From: Spirochaetota bacterium
GTDB lineage: Bacteria > Spirochaetota > UBA4802 > UBA5550
Direction: 5' to 3'
DNA length: 64,000 nt
Assembly: GCA_963664815.2 (NCBI GenBank)
Contig: CAXXHB010000002.1
Span: forward strand, 384,001 to 448,000
In this document: in pieces, positions 1-10,098 of the stretch
Layout of the letters: every line of letters starts with the position of its first letter
Position numbering within the stretch: the stretch's first letter is position 1
Made by a program: the position numbers and the translations under genes
The notes under the pieces: model-generated
Database searches by the model: none
What the model was told of the DNA's origin: nothing
Seen by the model: only the letters and a program-made list of their open reading frames with translations

Positions 1-101
1 GTTGTAATACCGGCGAAGGCGAAGCTTATATTTATCGCCGACCTGTTTCTTGATTCAATGAGAAAATCTTTCTTTATATTACTTAAAATTCTATTGTTCA
101 A
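1..101 (-). CDS. ccmB: Heme exporter membrane protein CcmB, N-terminal part (truncated by window edge)
   Basis: Manual translation from TTG at 101: MNNRILSNIKKDFLIESRNRSAINISFAFAGITT. The KD-x-x-x-E-x-R pattern is typical of CcmB N-termini, and the start overlaps the stop of the ccmA-like ATPase. Confidence 0.65.
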   Translation of the reverse strand, partial: MNNRILSNIKKDFLIESRNRSAINISFAFAGIT

Positions 102-711
102 GATTAATTCCTCTTGAGCAGAGATTTATATCATCAGATTCGTTTGTTGCAATGATAACAATTTTATTTATTTTTAGGTCTTCAAGAATAGTGTAAAAAA
201 TATCACGCCCCTTTGAATCGAGATTGCTGCAGGGTTCATCGAACATAAGTATTTCAGGATTGTTTATGAGAGCATGTATGAGACGAAGTCTTTGTTTCAT
301 GCCTGATGAATAATATTTAACATGTTTGGTTCTGTGCCGGTAAAGATCAAATTTTTCAAGATATTCAGTTATCAGATTCTCATTGACCGAAACAGCGGAT
401 GAAAATTTAAGATTTTCTGTTGCAGTAAGCATTTCATAAGGATTAACCTGAGGACCAGTAAACCCGAAAAAATTTTTATAATTTTCAATGTTTATAACAG
501 AATTATCCGACGAGTATATTACATTTCCGGATGTAGTTTTTTGAATACCGGCAAGAATTTGCAGTAAAGTGGATTTGCCTGAACCGTTAGGTCCCGTAAT
601 ATAAAACGTATCACCCGTATCAAGATTAAAATTAATATTACGGAACAGAAATGTTTTTCCGAATTTTTTTTCTATATTTTCCGCTTTAATACTTATAGAT
701 TTATTATGCAT
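91..711 (-). CDS. ccmA: ABC transporter ATP-binding protein, heme exporter CcmA-like
   Basis: Walker A GPNGSGKST, signature YSSGMKQR, Walker B LMFDEP; 206 aa; coupled to a CcmB-like ORF. Confidence 0.75.
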   Translation of the reverse strand: MHNKSISIKAENIEKKFGKTFLFRNINFNLDTGDTFYITGPNGSGKSTLLQILAGIQKTTSGNVIYSSDNSVINIENYKNFFGFTGPQVNPYEMLTATENLKFSSAVSVNENLITEYLEKFDLYRHRTKHVKYYSSGMKQRLRLIHALINNPEILMFDEPCSNLDSKGRDIFYTILEDLKINKIVIIATNESDDINLCSRGINLEQ

Positions 712-715
712 TATT

Positions 716-1372
716 TTATTTATCTGTAAATTTATGTTTTAGATGTTTCCCGTCGCAGAAGGGTTTATTTTTCGAATAACCACATCTGCAGAGAACAAAA
801 TGGTCATATGTTTCAGGTTTTGATCCCTGATCATCTTTGAGAATAATTCCTCCATAAAACTCAAGGGGACCTCTTTTTGACACTTTAATTTTCGGTTCTC
901 CATTGTAAAAGTCTGTAAATTTTTTATCGTTTAATGTATAGCTTAATGCGCCGGAAGGGCAATGTTTTATTACATCAATTATTCTGTCTACATCGCTGTT
1001 ATCGGGGCTGATCCATGGTCTTATGTTTATGTTAAATACTTTAGGCAGCATTCTTACACAGGAACCATCATGCGAGCATACACCGAGATTAAAATGAACA
1101 GTTATATCTTTCCCGGGATAGTCTTTCCATTTATAAGGATCCCTGTCCGGTTGTTTTTCCCCGTCTATTCCATTTATGGAATGAGTTCCGTCACAGAATG
1201 GCTTTTTCTCTGACTGACCGCATCTGCATAGAGATGCAACAGAATCAATATTTATAATTTCACCATTGTATTTCTCAATTTTGTCAGCGTCAATGATCAT
1301 ATAAGGTGAAAATCTTGTAAATGCTATTATGGGTTTCTTTTTATCGTTCATGGATAATTCCTTGATAATCAT
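716..1372 (-). CDS. CDGSH iron-sulfur protein (CDGSH + divergent 4Fe-4S domain + CDGSH)
   Basis: Two LCRCGxSxxKPFCDG(T/K)H motifs flank CSHDGSC...CPSGAL. An alternative start is ATG 1351, which has an AAGGA RBS. Confidence 0.85.
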   Translation of the reverse strand: MIIKELSMNDKKKPIIAFTRFSPYMIIDADKIEKYNGEIINIDSVASLCRCGQSEKKPFCDGTHSINGIDGEKQPDRDPYKWKDYPGKDITVHFNLGVCSHDGSCVRMLPKVFNINIRPWISPDNSDVDRIIDVIKHCPSGALSYTLNDKKFTDFYNGEPKIKVSKRGPLEFYGGIILKDDQGSKPETYDHFVLCRCGYSKNKPFCDGKHLKHKFTDK

Positions 1373-2071
1373 AAAGATTTATCACTCTATATAATGCTTT
1401 TATTGTTTTCAAGAAATTATCTTGATTATTATTAATAATTCATTAATATATATAGTTACCAAATCTCTGTTTTACAACAGATGGCACGTTCATTAGTGTT
1501 TATGAAATGAAGCTCACTCTTTGACCTTTGTAAAATTGAGTTATAATTGTCTTTACTGAAAGGTAAGAAATAATTATAAATTATTGTTTCATTAAAAAAA
1601 CAATTATGAAATTTTTTATTTATTAGTTTATTATAACCTTTGAAAATTTAACTATAATGAAATTAATAATAAACACATAATGAGTAAAATCTTTGCAGGA
1701 ATTGCAGGAAGCGAGAAAAATTTCTTCATGTCTGAATAAAGAATATATATTGTTATAACAATGAGACTCTAAAAAATAATATTTGTTAAATGCTCTGGAA
1801 CAATTAAAGCAATCTGTATAAATAACTATAAATAATTTAAATTATAAGGAAAATACTCAATTATCTGTAAATATCTTGACTGGACTCAGGTTTGATTTTT
1901 TAATAAAATCTGATATGTTTCAAAGGCTTTTTCGGATAAGATTTATGAATAGTTGTAAAGCTTGAGATTGCAGATATTATTCGAGAGTTACAATTTATTA
2001 GTTAGCTTCAGTAAATCTTACGGAGACCTGCATCCTATATAAATAACAAATTATCGTAAAAGGAGTGTATT

Positions 2072-3355
2072 ATGCCACGAAGAATTATCCAGGTAGAGGA
2101 AAAGGTGGGCTTTCTGGAGGGCTTTCCTTTAAGTCTTCAACACCTTTTTGCAATGTTTGGCGCTTCAGTTCTTGTACCTACACTGTTTGGTATTGATCCG
2201 GCCATTGTACTTTTAATGAACGGCGTTGGAACATTAATCTATCTTTTTATCTGTAAGGGGAAAGCCCCGGCTTTTCTTGGTTCAAGTTTTGCTTTTATAT
2301 CACCGGTTTTTGTTGTTCTTGGCACCGATAAAAACTTATGGCAGGCAAATTATTCATTTGTACTTGGCGGATTCATCGCGGCAGGCTGTGTATTTATTCT
2401 GGTAGCTCTGATAATAGGTGTTTTCGGACCGGACTGGATAAAAGTTGTACTCCCTCCGGCGACAATGGGTCCGATTGTGGCACTTATAGGTCTTGAGCTT
2501 GCCGGCGTAGCTGCGCAAATGGCGGGACTTATACCTGCTTCTTATCATCCACAAATAACCGGTGACTGGATTGTTATTTCCATGATTACGCTTGCAGTTG
2601 CTGTGTTTGGGTCTATTCTTTTCAGGGGATTTTTATCTGTTATTCCGATATTGATAGCTATTATTGTAGGTTATATAGCTGCATGGAGTATGGGATTGGT
2701 TAAATTTGACGGAGTAGCTGCAGCAGGTTACCTGGCAATTCCGACGTTTTATACTCCTAAATTTAATATTAATGCGATAATTGTAATACTTCCGGCTGCG
2801 CTTGTAGTAATATCAGAACATATAGGCCATCTCCTTGTAACAGGTAAAATTGTTGAGAAGGATCTTACAGTAGATCCGGGACTTCACAGATCACTGATGG
2901 GAGACGGAATTTCTACGGTTATCTCAGGATTTACAGGATCTGTTCCGACAACTACTTATGGTGAAAATATTGGTGTTATGGCTATAACTAGAGTATATAG
3001 CGTCTGGATAATCGGTGGTGCAGCAGTTATCTCAATAATCCTTGCATTCATAGGAAAGCTTTCTGCAGTGATTCAATCTATACCATCACCTGTAATGGGA
3101 GGAATATGCCTTCTCCTTTTTGGAATTATTGCAGCTTCGGGTATAAGGATGATTGTTGAAGAGAAGGTTGACTATAGTAAATCATCAAATCTTGTTCTTA
3201 CATCAGTAGTTTTTATAGTTGGTATAAGCGGAACATTTGTAAAGATTGGTCATGTAGAACTTCGCGGAATGGCGCTTGCAACTGTTGTAGGTATGATTTT
3301 AAGCATTATTTTTCATATGCTTGAAAAATATAAACTGACGAATGATCTGAAATAA
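2072..3355 (+). CDS. uraA: Uracil permease (NCS2 family, UraA/PyrP)
   Basis: LQHLFAMFGA, LGSSFAFI and PTTTYGENIGV NCS2 signatures; multi-TM; AGGAG RBS. Confidence 0.93.
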   Translation: MPRRIIQVEEKVGFLEGFPLSLQHLFAMFGASVLVPTLFGIDPAIVLLMNGVGTLIYLFICKGKAPAFLGSSFAFISPVFVVLGTDKNLWQANYSFVLGGFIAAGCVFILVALIIGVFGPDWIKVVLPPATMGPIVALIGLELAGVAAQMAGLIPASYHPQITGDWIVISMITLAVAVFGSILFRGFLSVIPILIAIIVGYIAAWSMGLVKFDGVAAAGYLAIPTFYTPKFNINAIIVILPAALVVISEHIGHLLVTGKIVEKDLTVDPGLHRSLMGDGISTVISGFTGSVPTTTYGENIGVMAITRVYSVWIIGGAAVISIILAFIGKLSAVIQSIPSPVMGGICLLLFGIIAASGIRMIVEEKVDYSKSSNLVLTSVVFIVGISGTFVKIGHVELRGMALATVVGMILSIIFHMLEKYKLTNDLK

Positions 3356-3373
3356 ACAGCGGCAAAGAGAAGA

Positions 3374-3410
3374 AAAAATAAAAGCAGGACTAAAGCCTGC
3401 TTTTATTTTT
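3374..3410. terminator. Bidirectional intrinsic terminator between convergent uraA and ybaK
   Basis: Perfect inverted repeat AAAAATAAAAGCAGG-N7-CCTGCTTTTATTTTT. Confidence 0.85.
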
Positions 3411-3480
3411 AATATATGATTTGAAATTTGTTTTGGCATTTTTGCCGGAGATAATTGCTTAATGAAATACCGCTAACAGC

Positions 3481-3945
3481 TCATGTAAGATCGCAAAATT
3501 TACCTTCTATAACTTCAGAGAGATCAATGGGAGACATAGATATCTGCATACCCCGAATTCCTGCACTTATATAAATTATTTCGTGAAGCATTGCTGTTTC
3601 ATCGATAAATGCAGGGAATAATTTCTTCATCCCAATTGGAGAACATCCGCCTCGGATGTATCCTGTAACAGGTAACAATTCTTTTACTTTTAGCATTTCA
3701 ATACTTTTTGAATTTGAAATGGCGGCTGCTTTCTTTAAATTTAATTCAAAATTGCCCGGAATTACGAAAATCATTGTCATGTTTTTATCATTTCTTGCCA
3801 CAAGGGTTTTAAAAACTGTTTCATGCTGAGTACCGATTGCTTCTGCAACTGTAACTGCATCTAAACAATCTTCTTTGTAATTATATTCTATTGTTGTATG
3901 CGGGATTTTTTTTGACTCAAGAATACGAATTACGTTTGTTTTCAT
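3481..3945 (-). CDS. ybaK: Cys-tRNA(Pro) deacylase YbaK
   Basis: KTNVIRIL N-terminus, VFKTLV, TGYIRGGCSPIG, ISAGIRG. Confidence 0.92.
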   Translation of the reverse strand: MKTNVIRILESKKIPHTTIEYNYKEDCLDAVTVAEAIGTQHETVFKTLVARNDKNMTMIFVIPGNFELNLKKAAAISNSKSIEMLKVKELLPVTGYIRGGCSPIGMKKLFPAFIDETAMLHEIIYISAGIRGMQISMSPIDLSEVIEGKFCDLT

Positions 3946-4145
3946 TTAAGACAACCTGTTTAATTGATTAAATAACAATATACGTTTTAATAAGTAAATA
4001 AATATTATTAATCAGATAAAAATAGAATATGTAATGTTTGCGATTTTATATTTTATAAAGCTCCGGAAAGATGTAAGTCTAAATAGTTGTTTCAGTAAAG
4101 AGTAATTCGCTATCGTTTAAATAAGCATAATAAATAAAAATATTT

Positions 4146-4505
4146 TTAATGAAGCATGAACGAAAGTTCAACGAAAGGTTCTGAAAATTTTATTACTGCA
4201 AAAAAAGTGCCATCTTCCGGTGATAAATCATATTTTTTATTAACCTCTGAATCTGAAATTACAGTTCCTGATCTTAAAACTTTACCTGTAGTTTTAAGAA
4301 TGATAAGTTCATCATTTTTTACGAATGAAAATATCATATCAAGTATTGAATTTGCTTCCACAAGAAGCTCAGTAACCATATATATTCCGCCAAGACTGAT
4401 GTTGTATACTTTCCCGTTAGTGCTGCTTATAATACTGTTATCGAATAATGAATACTGAATTTTCATTTCTTTATCATAACGTGGATATTGACGGTTTTCG
4501 TTCAT
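4146..4505 (-). CDS. Standalone PilZ-domain protein (putative c-di-GMP effector)
   Basis: RxxxR (ENRQYPR) and (D/N)xSxxG (NISLGG) motifs; GAGG RBS. Confidence 0.8.
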   Translation of the reverse strand: MNENRQYPRYDKEMKIQYSLFDNSIISSTNGKVYNISLGGIYMVTELLVEANSILDMIFSFVKNDELIILKTTGKVLRSGTVISDSEVNKKYDLSPEDGTFFAVIKFSEPFVELSFMLH

Positions 4506-4619
4506 TTTTTAAAACCTCTAGTGTGAGTATTGTATTAAATATATTATTAATATTACATATACGTCAATCGTAAAATACTGGTATTTTTTAATGGTTAAAA
4601 ATTGTTTAAGCTGTTGATG

Positions 4620-6902
4620 TTATTTCTTGATCATATCTGATAACCCGGAAAAGGGGCTGTTTCTTAGAGATTGTGATTTCTTCAAAGTATTTTTTTTACC
4701 AGAATCTTTTTCCTGTATTTCTTTTTTTGTCTTATCCGGTTTGCCTTCTTTTTTCAGTTCATCTTTTTCAGGATTCTGTTTCATTGAAAGAGATATTCTT
4801 TTTCTTTCCATATCAACATCAAGAACGGTAACATATACATTCTGATGGATTTTTATAATATCAGATGGTTTTTCTACATAGTTGTCTGAAAGATGGCTGA
4901 TATGTACAAGACCGTCTTGATGTACTCCTATGTCAATAAAAGCGCCGAAGGCAGTAACATTGGTTACAATTCCTGGAAGCTTCATTCCAGGTTCTAGATC
5001 AGAAATCCGGTGAATTCTTTCTGAAAAGTTAAATGACTGGAACACTTTCCTGGGATCTCGTCCGGGGAGTGCAAGTTCATTCATTATATCATTAAGAGTA
5101 AGGAGACCGATATTTTCATTTATATAATTCTTAAGAATAATTTTTTCCCTTAACAAGCTGTTGTTCATCAGATCAGTTACAGTACATGAAAGGTCAGAAG
5201 CCATTTGTTCGACAATTTTATAACTTTCAGGATGAACTGCACTTCTATCAAGAGGATTTTTCGAATCCCTTACGCGAAGAAAACCTGCGGCCTGTTCAAA
5301 AGTTTTTGATCCCATTCCCTGAATTTTTTTCAGTTCATCTCTTGATTTAAAGGGACCCTTTATGGTTCTTGCTTCAACTATGGTATCAGCCATTTTCGGT
5401 GAGAGCCCTGAAACATATCTCAGGAGGTGACCGCTTGCGGTATTTACTTCAACTCCTACTGAATTGACGCAGCTTGAAATAACTTCATCAAGAGATTTTT
5501 TAAGATCCTTCTGGTTAACATCATGTTGATATTGACCCACACCAATAGCTTTGGGATCAATCTTTACAAGCTCTGCCAGCGGATCCATAAGTCTTCTTCC
5601 TATTGAGACGGCACCCCTTACAGTAACATCGTGATCAGGGAATTCTTTTCTGGCTGTTTCCGATGCAGAATAGACGGATGCTCCGCTTTCATTGACCATT
5701 GTAATTATTAAATTTTCAAGTTTTAGTTCATTGCAGAAAACAAACGTTTCTCTCCCTGCGGTACCGTTTCCTATTGCGATAGCTTCGATCTTATATTGTT
5801 TACATAGTTCAATAATTGTTTTAGCTGATTCCGTTTTTTTGTTGTGAGGTTCAAGGGGATAAATTGTGTCATTATAAAGGAGAGTCCCCTGTCTGTTTAA
5901 GATCACAAGTTTGCATCCTGTACGAAACCCAGGGTCAAGGGCAAGAACTGACTTCTCGCCAAGGGGAGAGGTCATAAGAAGTTCTTTGATATTGTCTGAA
6001 AAGACTTTTATGGCTTCTTCATCAGCACGTTTTTTTAACGCAGATCTGATTTCAGTTTCCATTGATGGGCTCATAAGTCGTTTATAACAATCTTTTACAG
6101 CCAGGCGGACCTGGGTGGAAAATGCGTTGTCATTTTTAATGATTTCATTTCCTAATATCTTTAAAGCCTCATCTTCTTCCGGTAAAAAATGAACTGTAAG
6201 ATAACCTTCATCCGCTCCGCGGAGAAGTGCGAGAATCCTGTGTGAAGGAGCTTTTGAAACTGATTCAGACCATTCAAAATAGTCACGATATTTTTCACCA
6301 TCATCCTCCTTCCCCTTGATTATTTTTGAGGACATTGAAGATTGTTGTATAAACAGGTTACGTATCTGTTGTCTTACGGTTCCGTTTTCATTTATCCATT
6401 CCGCTATAATATCCCGCACTCCCTGAAGAACATCATCGGTTGTATTTAAACCGAATTCAGTATTCAGATATTTTAATGCAGTTTTTTCAAGATCAAACAT
6501 TTTTTGTGAATAAATAAGTACGGCAAGAGGTTCGAGCCCTTTTTCTTTTGCTATGCTACCTCTTGTTTTTCGTTTAGGTTTAAAAGGTAGATATATATCT
6601 TCAAGATTTGCCATGGTTTTTGCTGATAGGATTTCTTTTTCGAGTTCCGGAGTAAGTTTTTCCATCTCTGTCATAGATTTAAGAATAGATTCTCTTCTTT
6701 TATCGAGTTCTTCAAGCTGTTCAAGTCTATCACGGATTGAGGTTATCTGTACCTCATCAAGACCATTCGTAACCTCTTTTCTGTAACGGGCGATAAAAGG
6801 TATTGTTGAGTCTTCAGAAAGAAGGAGTGCAACAGCTTTAACCTGTTTTTCCTTAATATTGAGTTCACTGCTTGTAATCTGAATATTTTTTATATTGAAC
6901 AT
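4620..6902 (-). CDS. tex: Tex family RNA-binding transcriptional accessory protein
   Basis: TIPFIARYRKE, LALDPGFRTGCK, VNESGASVYSAS, GVGQYQHDV and a C-terminal S1 domain. Confidence 0.95.
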   Translation of the reverse strand: MFNIKNIQITSSELNIKEKQVKAVALLLSEDSTIPFIARYRKEVTNGLDEVQITSIRDRLEQLEELDKRRESILKSMTEMEKLTPELEKEILSAKTMANLEDIYLPFKPKRKTRGSIAKEKGLEPLAVLIYSQKMFDLEKTALKYLNTEFGLNTTDDVLQGVRDIIAEWINENGTVRQQIRNLFIQQSSMSSKIIKGKEDDGEKYRDYFEWSESVSKAPSHRILALLRGADEGYLTVHFLPEEDEALKILGNEIIKNDNAFSTQVRLAVKDCYKRLMSPSMETEIRSALKKRADEEAIKVFSDNIKELLMTSPLGEKSVLALDPGFRTGCKLVILNRQGTLLYNDTIYPLEPHNKKTESAKTIIELCKQYKIEAIAIGNGTAGRETFVFCNELKLENLIITMVNESGASVYSASETARKEFPDHDVTVRGAVSIGRRLMDPLAELVKIDPKAIGVGQYQHDVNQKDLKKSLDEVISSCVNSVGVEVNTASGHLLRYVSGLSPKMADTIVEARTIKGPFKSRDELKKIQGMGSKTFEQAAGFLRVRDSKNPLDRSAVHPESYKIVEQMASDLSCTVTDLMNNSLLREKIILKNYINENIGLLTLNDIMNELALPGRDPRKVFQSFNFSERIHRISDLEPGMKLPGIVTNVTAFGAFIDIGVHQDGLVHISHLSDNYVEKPSDIIKIHQNVYVTVLDVDMERKRISLSMKQNPEKDELKKEGKPDKTKKEIQEKDSGKKNTLKKSQSLRNSPFSGLSDMIKK

Positions 6903-7317
6903 TTAGTTTCCTCAACATCTTAATTATTAATTGCATTTTTGCTCATGGATAGGCAGATTAATATTTATCAGATACATCTTTGTTAAAATATTATATTTAT
7001 CCATTAAAAAACAAAAATTAAATTCAGCACAATCTGAATAATATGAAATAGGTTTCATTTCCTATCCGGCAGACAGATCAACGTGCTTAATTATAAAAAT
7101 TGACAATATAATGTGTATTGTTTCGGGCAAGGAAAATTTTTTTAAAAGATCAGCAATAAAATATTTAAAATGCATAATTTGTCAGGAGATGACAACAATT
7201 GCTGAACGGAAGTAAAATCTATGTTTTAAATTCATATATTAGTTTTTTATATTTGAAAAGATCACATGAATGAAAATAAACAATTGTATCTTGATGTTTT
7301 TGTGCAATTTTTTCTTA

Positions 7318-7347
7318 ATTAAACTCCCCGTTTTTGGGGAGTTTAAT
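7318..7347 (-). terminator. Hairpin just downstream of rubrerythrin, putative terminator
   Basis: 12-bp perfect inverted repeat ATTAAACTCCCC/GGGGAGTTTAAT. Confidence 0.6.
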
Positions 7348-7358
7348 CGGAGGATGAA

Positions 7359-7934
7359 TCAATAATTTGTTTCTTTGATTTCAAAATATGATTGCGAATG
7401 GAGACATGCAGGACATTTTTCAGGGGCCTTGTCCCCCTCATGTAAATATCCGCAATTTCTGCATTTCCATGTTATTTTACCATTTCTGGAAAAGACATTT
7501 CCATTTTGAAGATTGTCATAGAGTGTTCTATACCTGCTTTCATGTGCTTTTTCAACAGTTGCTATCATTTTAAAAGCAATGGCGACTTCTTTAAAACCCT
7601 CCTGTTCAGCTATTTTGGCAAAATCCTGGTATAGGATTGTCCACTCTTCTTTTTCTCCATCAGCAGCGGCTTTAAGGTTTTCAAGAGTTGTGCCGATTAT
7701 TCCTGCCGGATATGTTGCGGTAATTTCTACAGGCCCACCTTCAAGAAAGCTGAAAAACCTCTTGGCATGTTCTTTTTCGTTCAATGCTGTTTCTTCGAAA
7801 ATAGAAGCAATCTGTTCAAGACCCTCCTTTTTTGCCTGGCTGGCAAAGTAATTATATCTCATCCTGGCTTGTGATTCACCTGCGAATGCTTTGAGCAGAT
7901 TCTGTTCTGTTTTTGTTCCTTTTATTGAATTCAT
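7359..7934 (-). CDS. rbr: Rubrerythrin
   Basis: [14 protein letters not shown] and EKAHE di-iron ligands; C-terminal CRNC/CPAC rubredoxin-like domain. Confidence 0.95.
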   Translation of the reverse strand: MNSIKGTKTEQNLLKAFAGESQARMRYNYFASQAKKEGLEQIASIFEETALNEKEHAKRFFSFLEGGPVEITATYPAGIIGTTLENLKAAADGEKEEWTILYQDFAKIAEQEGFKEVAIAFKMIATVEKAHESRYRTLYDNLQNGNVFSRNGKITWKCRNCGYLHEGDKAPEKCPACLHSQSYFEIKETNY

Positions 7935-8103
7935 TCATTCTCTCCTTTTAGTTAAAATAATTAGTTTATGATAAGCAACAATATGATGCAGAGACTTTGA
8001 GTTTATGAAGATTACAATTTATACTCTAAACTCTGAAAAAAATAATATCAAAAACAGCATTTAAATATTTTTTATTGTTAATTATAAGCTAATTATAATA
8101 AAA

Positions 8104-8826
8104 TTATCTGATAAGTTCAAAACTGGATTTGTCAGTTCCACATACCGGGCATCTCCAATCATCACCTAATTTATTGAAATCAGTTCCTGCCGGAAAACCA
8201 TGTTCCTTATCTTCAATGGAAGGATCAAAAATATATCCGCAGATAAGGCATTTGTATTTATCTATATTGGATTCAGATGTATTAATTGATTCAGGACTTA
8301 TATAAGTAGGAGCATTTTTCGGAGCCTTACCTTTTCTTTCCTCCCTGTAGTAGGCGTATGTAAGAGGTTCTCCGGTTTTATCGATTATATCATTGTCAAC
8401 TATTTCTGTAGTAAACAGAATATGTGTACCGACATCAAATGTCTGCACAACCCTGCATTCAAACCATGCTATAGTATCTTCAAGAAGAATAGGAGTACCA
8501 GTTGATCCTGTTTTAAATTTAATATTGGCAAACTTATCAATATCTTTTCCGCTTTGATAACCAAATATACTAATTAATTGAGAAGATGCTTCTTTTTTAA
8601 GAACAGAAATGGAAAGGATTTTACTTTTATTGATCAATTCAGCGGTATAATTATTCTTACTGCAGCAAACAGCGAATTGAGCAGGTTCTGCTGTTACCTG
8701 AAAGACCGCATTTGAAATATAACCGTTTAATTTATCATTTAATCTTGAACTAACAACATAAAGTCCGTATGATATTTTAAAAAAAGCCTCAAGATTTACT
8801 GCAGAATTTTTATGCTGTATAATCAT
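8104..8826 (-). CDS. High-molecular-weight rubredoxin (flavin reductase-like domain + rubredoxin)
   Basis: SYGLYVV, FGYQSGKDIDKF, GTHILF, TYAYY...APTY; C-terminal CLICG...WRCPVCG. Confidence 0.9.
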   Translation of the reverse strand: MIIQHKNSAVNLEAFFKISYGLYVVSSRLNDKLNGYISNAVFQVTAEPAQFAVCCSKNNYTAELINKSKILSISVLKKEASSQLISIFGYQSGKDIDKFANIKFKTGSTGTPILLEDTIAWFECRVVQTFDVGTHILFTTEIVDNDIIDKTGEPLTYAYYREERKGKAPKNAPTYISPESINTSESNIDKYKCLICGYIFDPSIEDKEHGFPAGTDFNKLGDDWRCPVCGTDKSSFELIR

Positions 8827-9107
8827 ATAATTTCCTTTTGTATTTAACTAAGAATATTTAGGTATTTTATATAAAACTAAGTTACTATAATTATCTATAT
8901 TTTCAAAGATTTTTTAATAATTAATTAAATATTTAACTAATTATTAACCGTCTTTCTGTTATTATTTTAGAATTTAAAATAAATATTAAATAGAACCATA
9001 TTAGTATTTAAGATTAAATTAATAATAATTTATTGCTGAAAATGATAGAGGTTGAAATTATCAACAAGGGAGTTTTGTGAATTAAATAATTTTATTGAAG
9101 TGAGATT

Positions 9108-9788
9108 ATGTTTAATCGTTCAGATTTAAAAAATGGATTTTTTTCGGGGCTTCCTGTTTTTATTGGATATTTCCCAATCGCGGTAACCTTCGGATTGCTG
9201 GCTAAATCGATCAATCTTTCACTTTTGGAATCATTTTGTTTCTCAGCACTTGTTTTCGCCGGTGCGAGCCAGTTTGTCGGCCTGAATATGTTTCATGCAG
9301 GGATCGGAATTGGTGAAATTACACTTACGGTTTTTCTTCTGAATTTCAGGCATTTTCTTATGAGTGCAACTATCGCTTCCGGAACATATTTTAAAAAGGT
9401 GTCGATACCATTTATTGCATTTGGAATTACCGATGAAACTTTTGCCGTAGCATCAATGAAAGAGGAAGTATTATCGGAAAGCTATATGCTTGCTTTGAAT
9501 TTTACTGCATATATTGGGTGGGTTGCGGGAACCGTAGCTGGATATCTTGCCGGTGATTTTCTTTCATTAAATATCCAGTCGAGTATTTCAATCTGTCTGT
9601 ATGCGATGTTTGTAGCAATACTGATTCCGGCGATAAAAAAATCTTTCACAGCAGGTGCTGTAGCTGTAATTGCAGGTGGAGTGAATTCGCTTCTGGGTTA
9701 TACTGGTCTTTTAGGTTCAGGGTGGAATATAATAATATCAATAATTGCAGCATCGCTTACGGGAATGTTTTTGTTCAAGGAAGTGTAA
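9108..9788 (+). CDS. azlC: AzlC family branched-chain amino acid exporter permease
   Basis: VFAGASQF, LNFRHFLMS, GITDETFA. Confidence 0.9.
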   Translation: MFNRSDLKNGFFSGLPVFIGYFPIAVTFGLLAKSINLSLLESFCFSALVFAGASQFVGLNMFHAGIGIGEITLTVFLLNFRHFLMSATIASGTYFKKVSIPFIAFGITDETFAVASMKEEVLSESYMLALNFTAYIGWVAGTVAGYLAGDFLSLNIQSSISICLYAMFVAILIPAIKKSFTAGAVAVIAGGVNSLLGYTGLLGSGWNIIISIIAASLTGMFLFKEV

Positions 9789-9792
9789 TAGT

Positions 9793-10098
9793 ATGAATTC
9801 TTTTTCGGTTATTATTTTAATGATGATAGTTACGTATTTGCCCCGAATGCTTCCAATGTATTTTATTAATGTTGAAAAAATTCCTATTGAACTGAAAAGA
9901 TTTCTGTCATTTATTCCTTATGCTGCTCTTGGGGCGCTTATATTTCCTGGTAGTATTAACTCAATCAATGGAAAACCGGAGGTCTCGGTTATTGGTATAA
10001 CAACAGCAGCGATTATTGCCTGGTTTAGCGGTAATATTATAGTTACTGTTGTTCTCACTGTTGCTGCAACATACTTGTTGCTATTTACCGGAATTTAG
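9793..10098 (+). CDS. azlD: AzlD domain-containing membrane protein
   Basis: VTYLPRMLP and FIPYAALGALIFP; ATG at 9793 directly follows azlC. Confidence 0.88.
   Translation: MNSFSVIILMMIVTYLPRMLPMYFINVEKIPIELKRFLSFIPYAALGALIFPGSINSINGKPEVSVIGITTAAIIAWFSGNIIVTVVLTVAATYLLLFTGI

Noticed and set aside
1860-2071. PyrR attenuator or riboswitch upstream of uraA
   Set aside because: No PyrR-binding loop consensus (AGUCC-like/GAGAG stem) or terminator/antiterminator pair could be recognised
8075-8103. PerR/Fur box upstream of rubrerythrin
   Set aside because: The TTATAA half-sites have the wrong spacing and the region is extremely AT-rich
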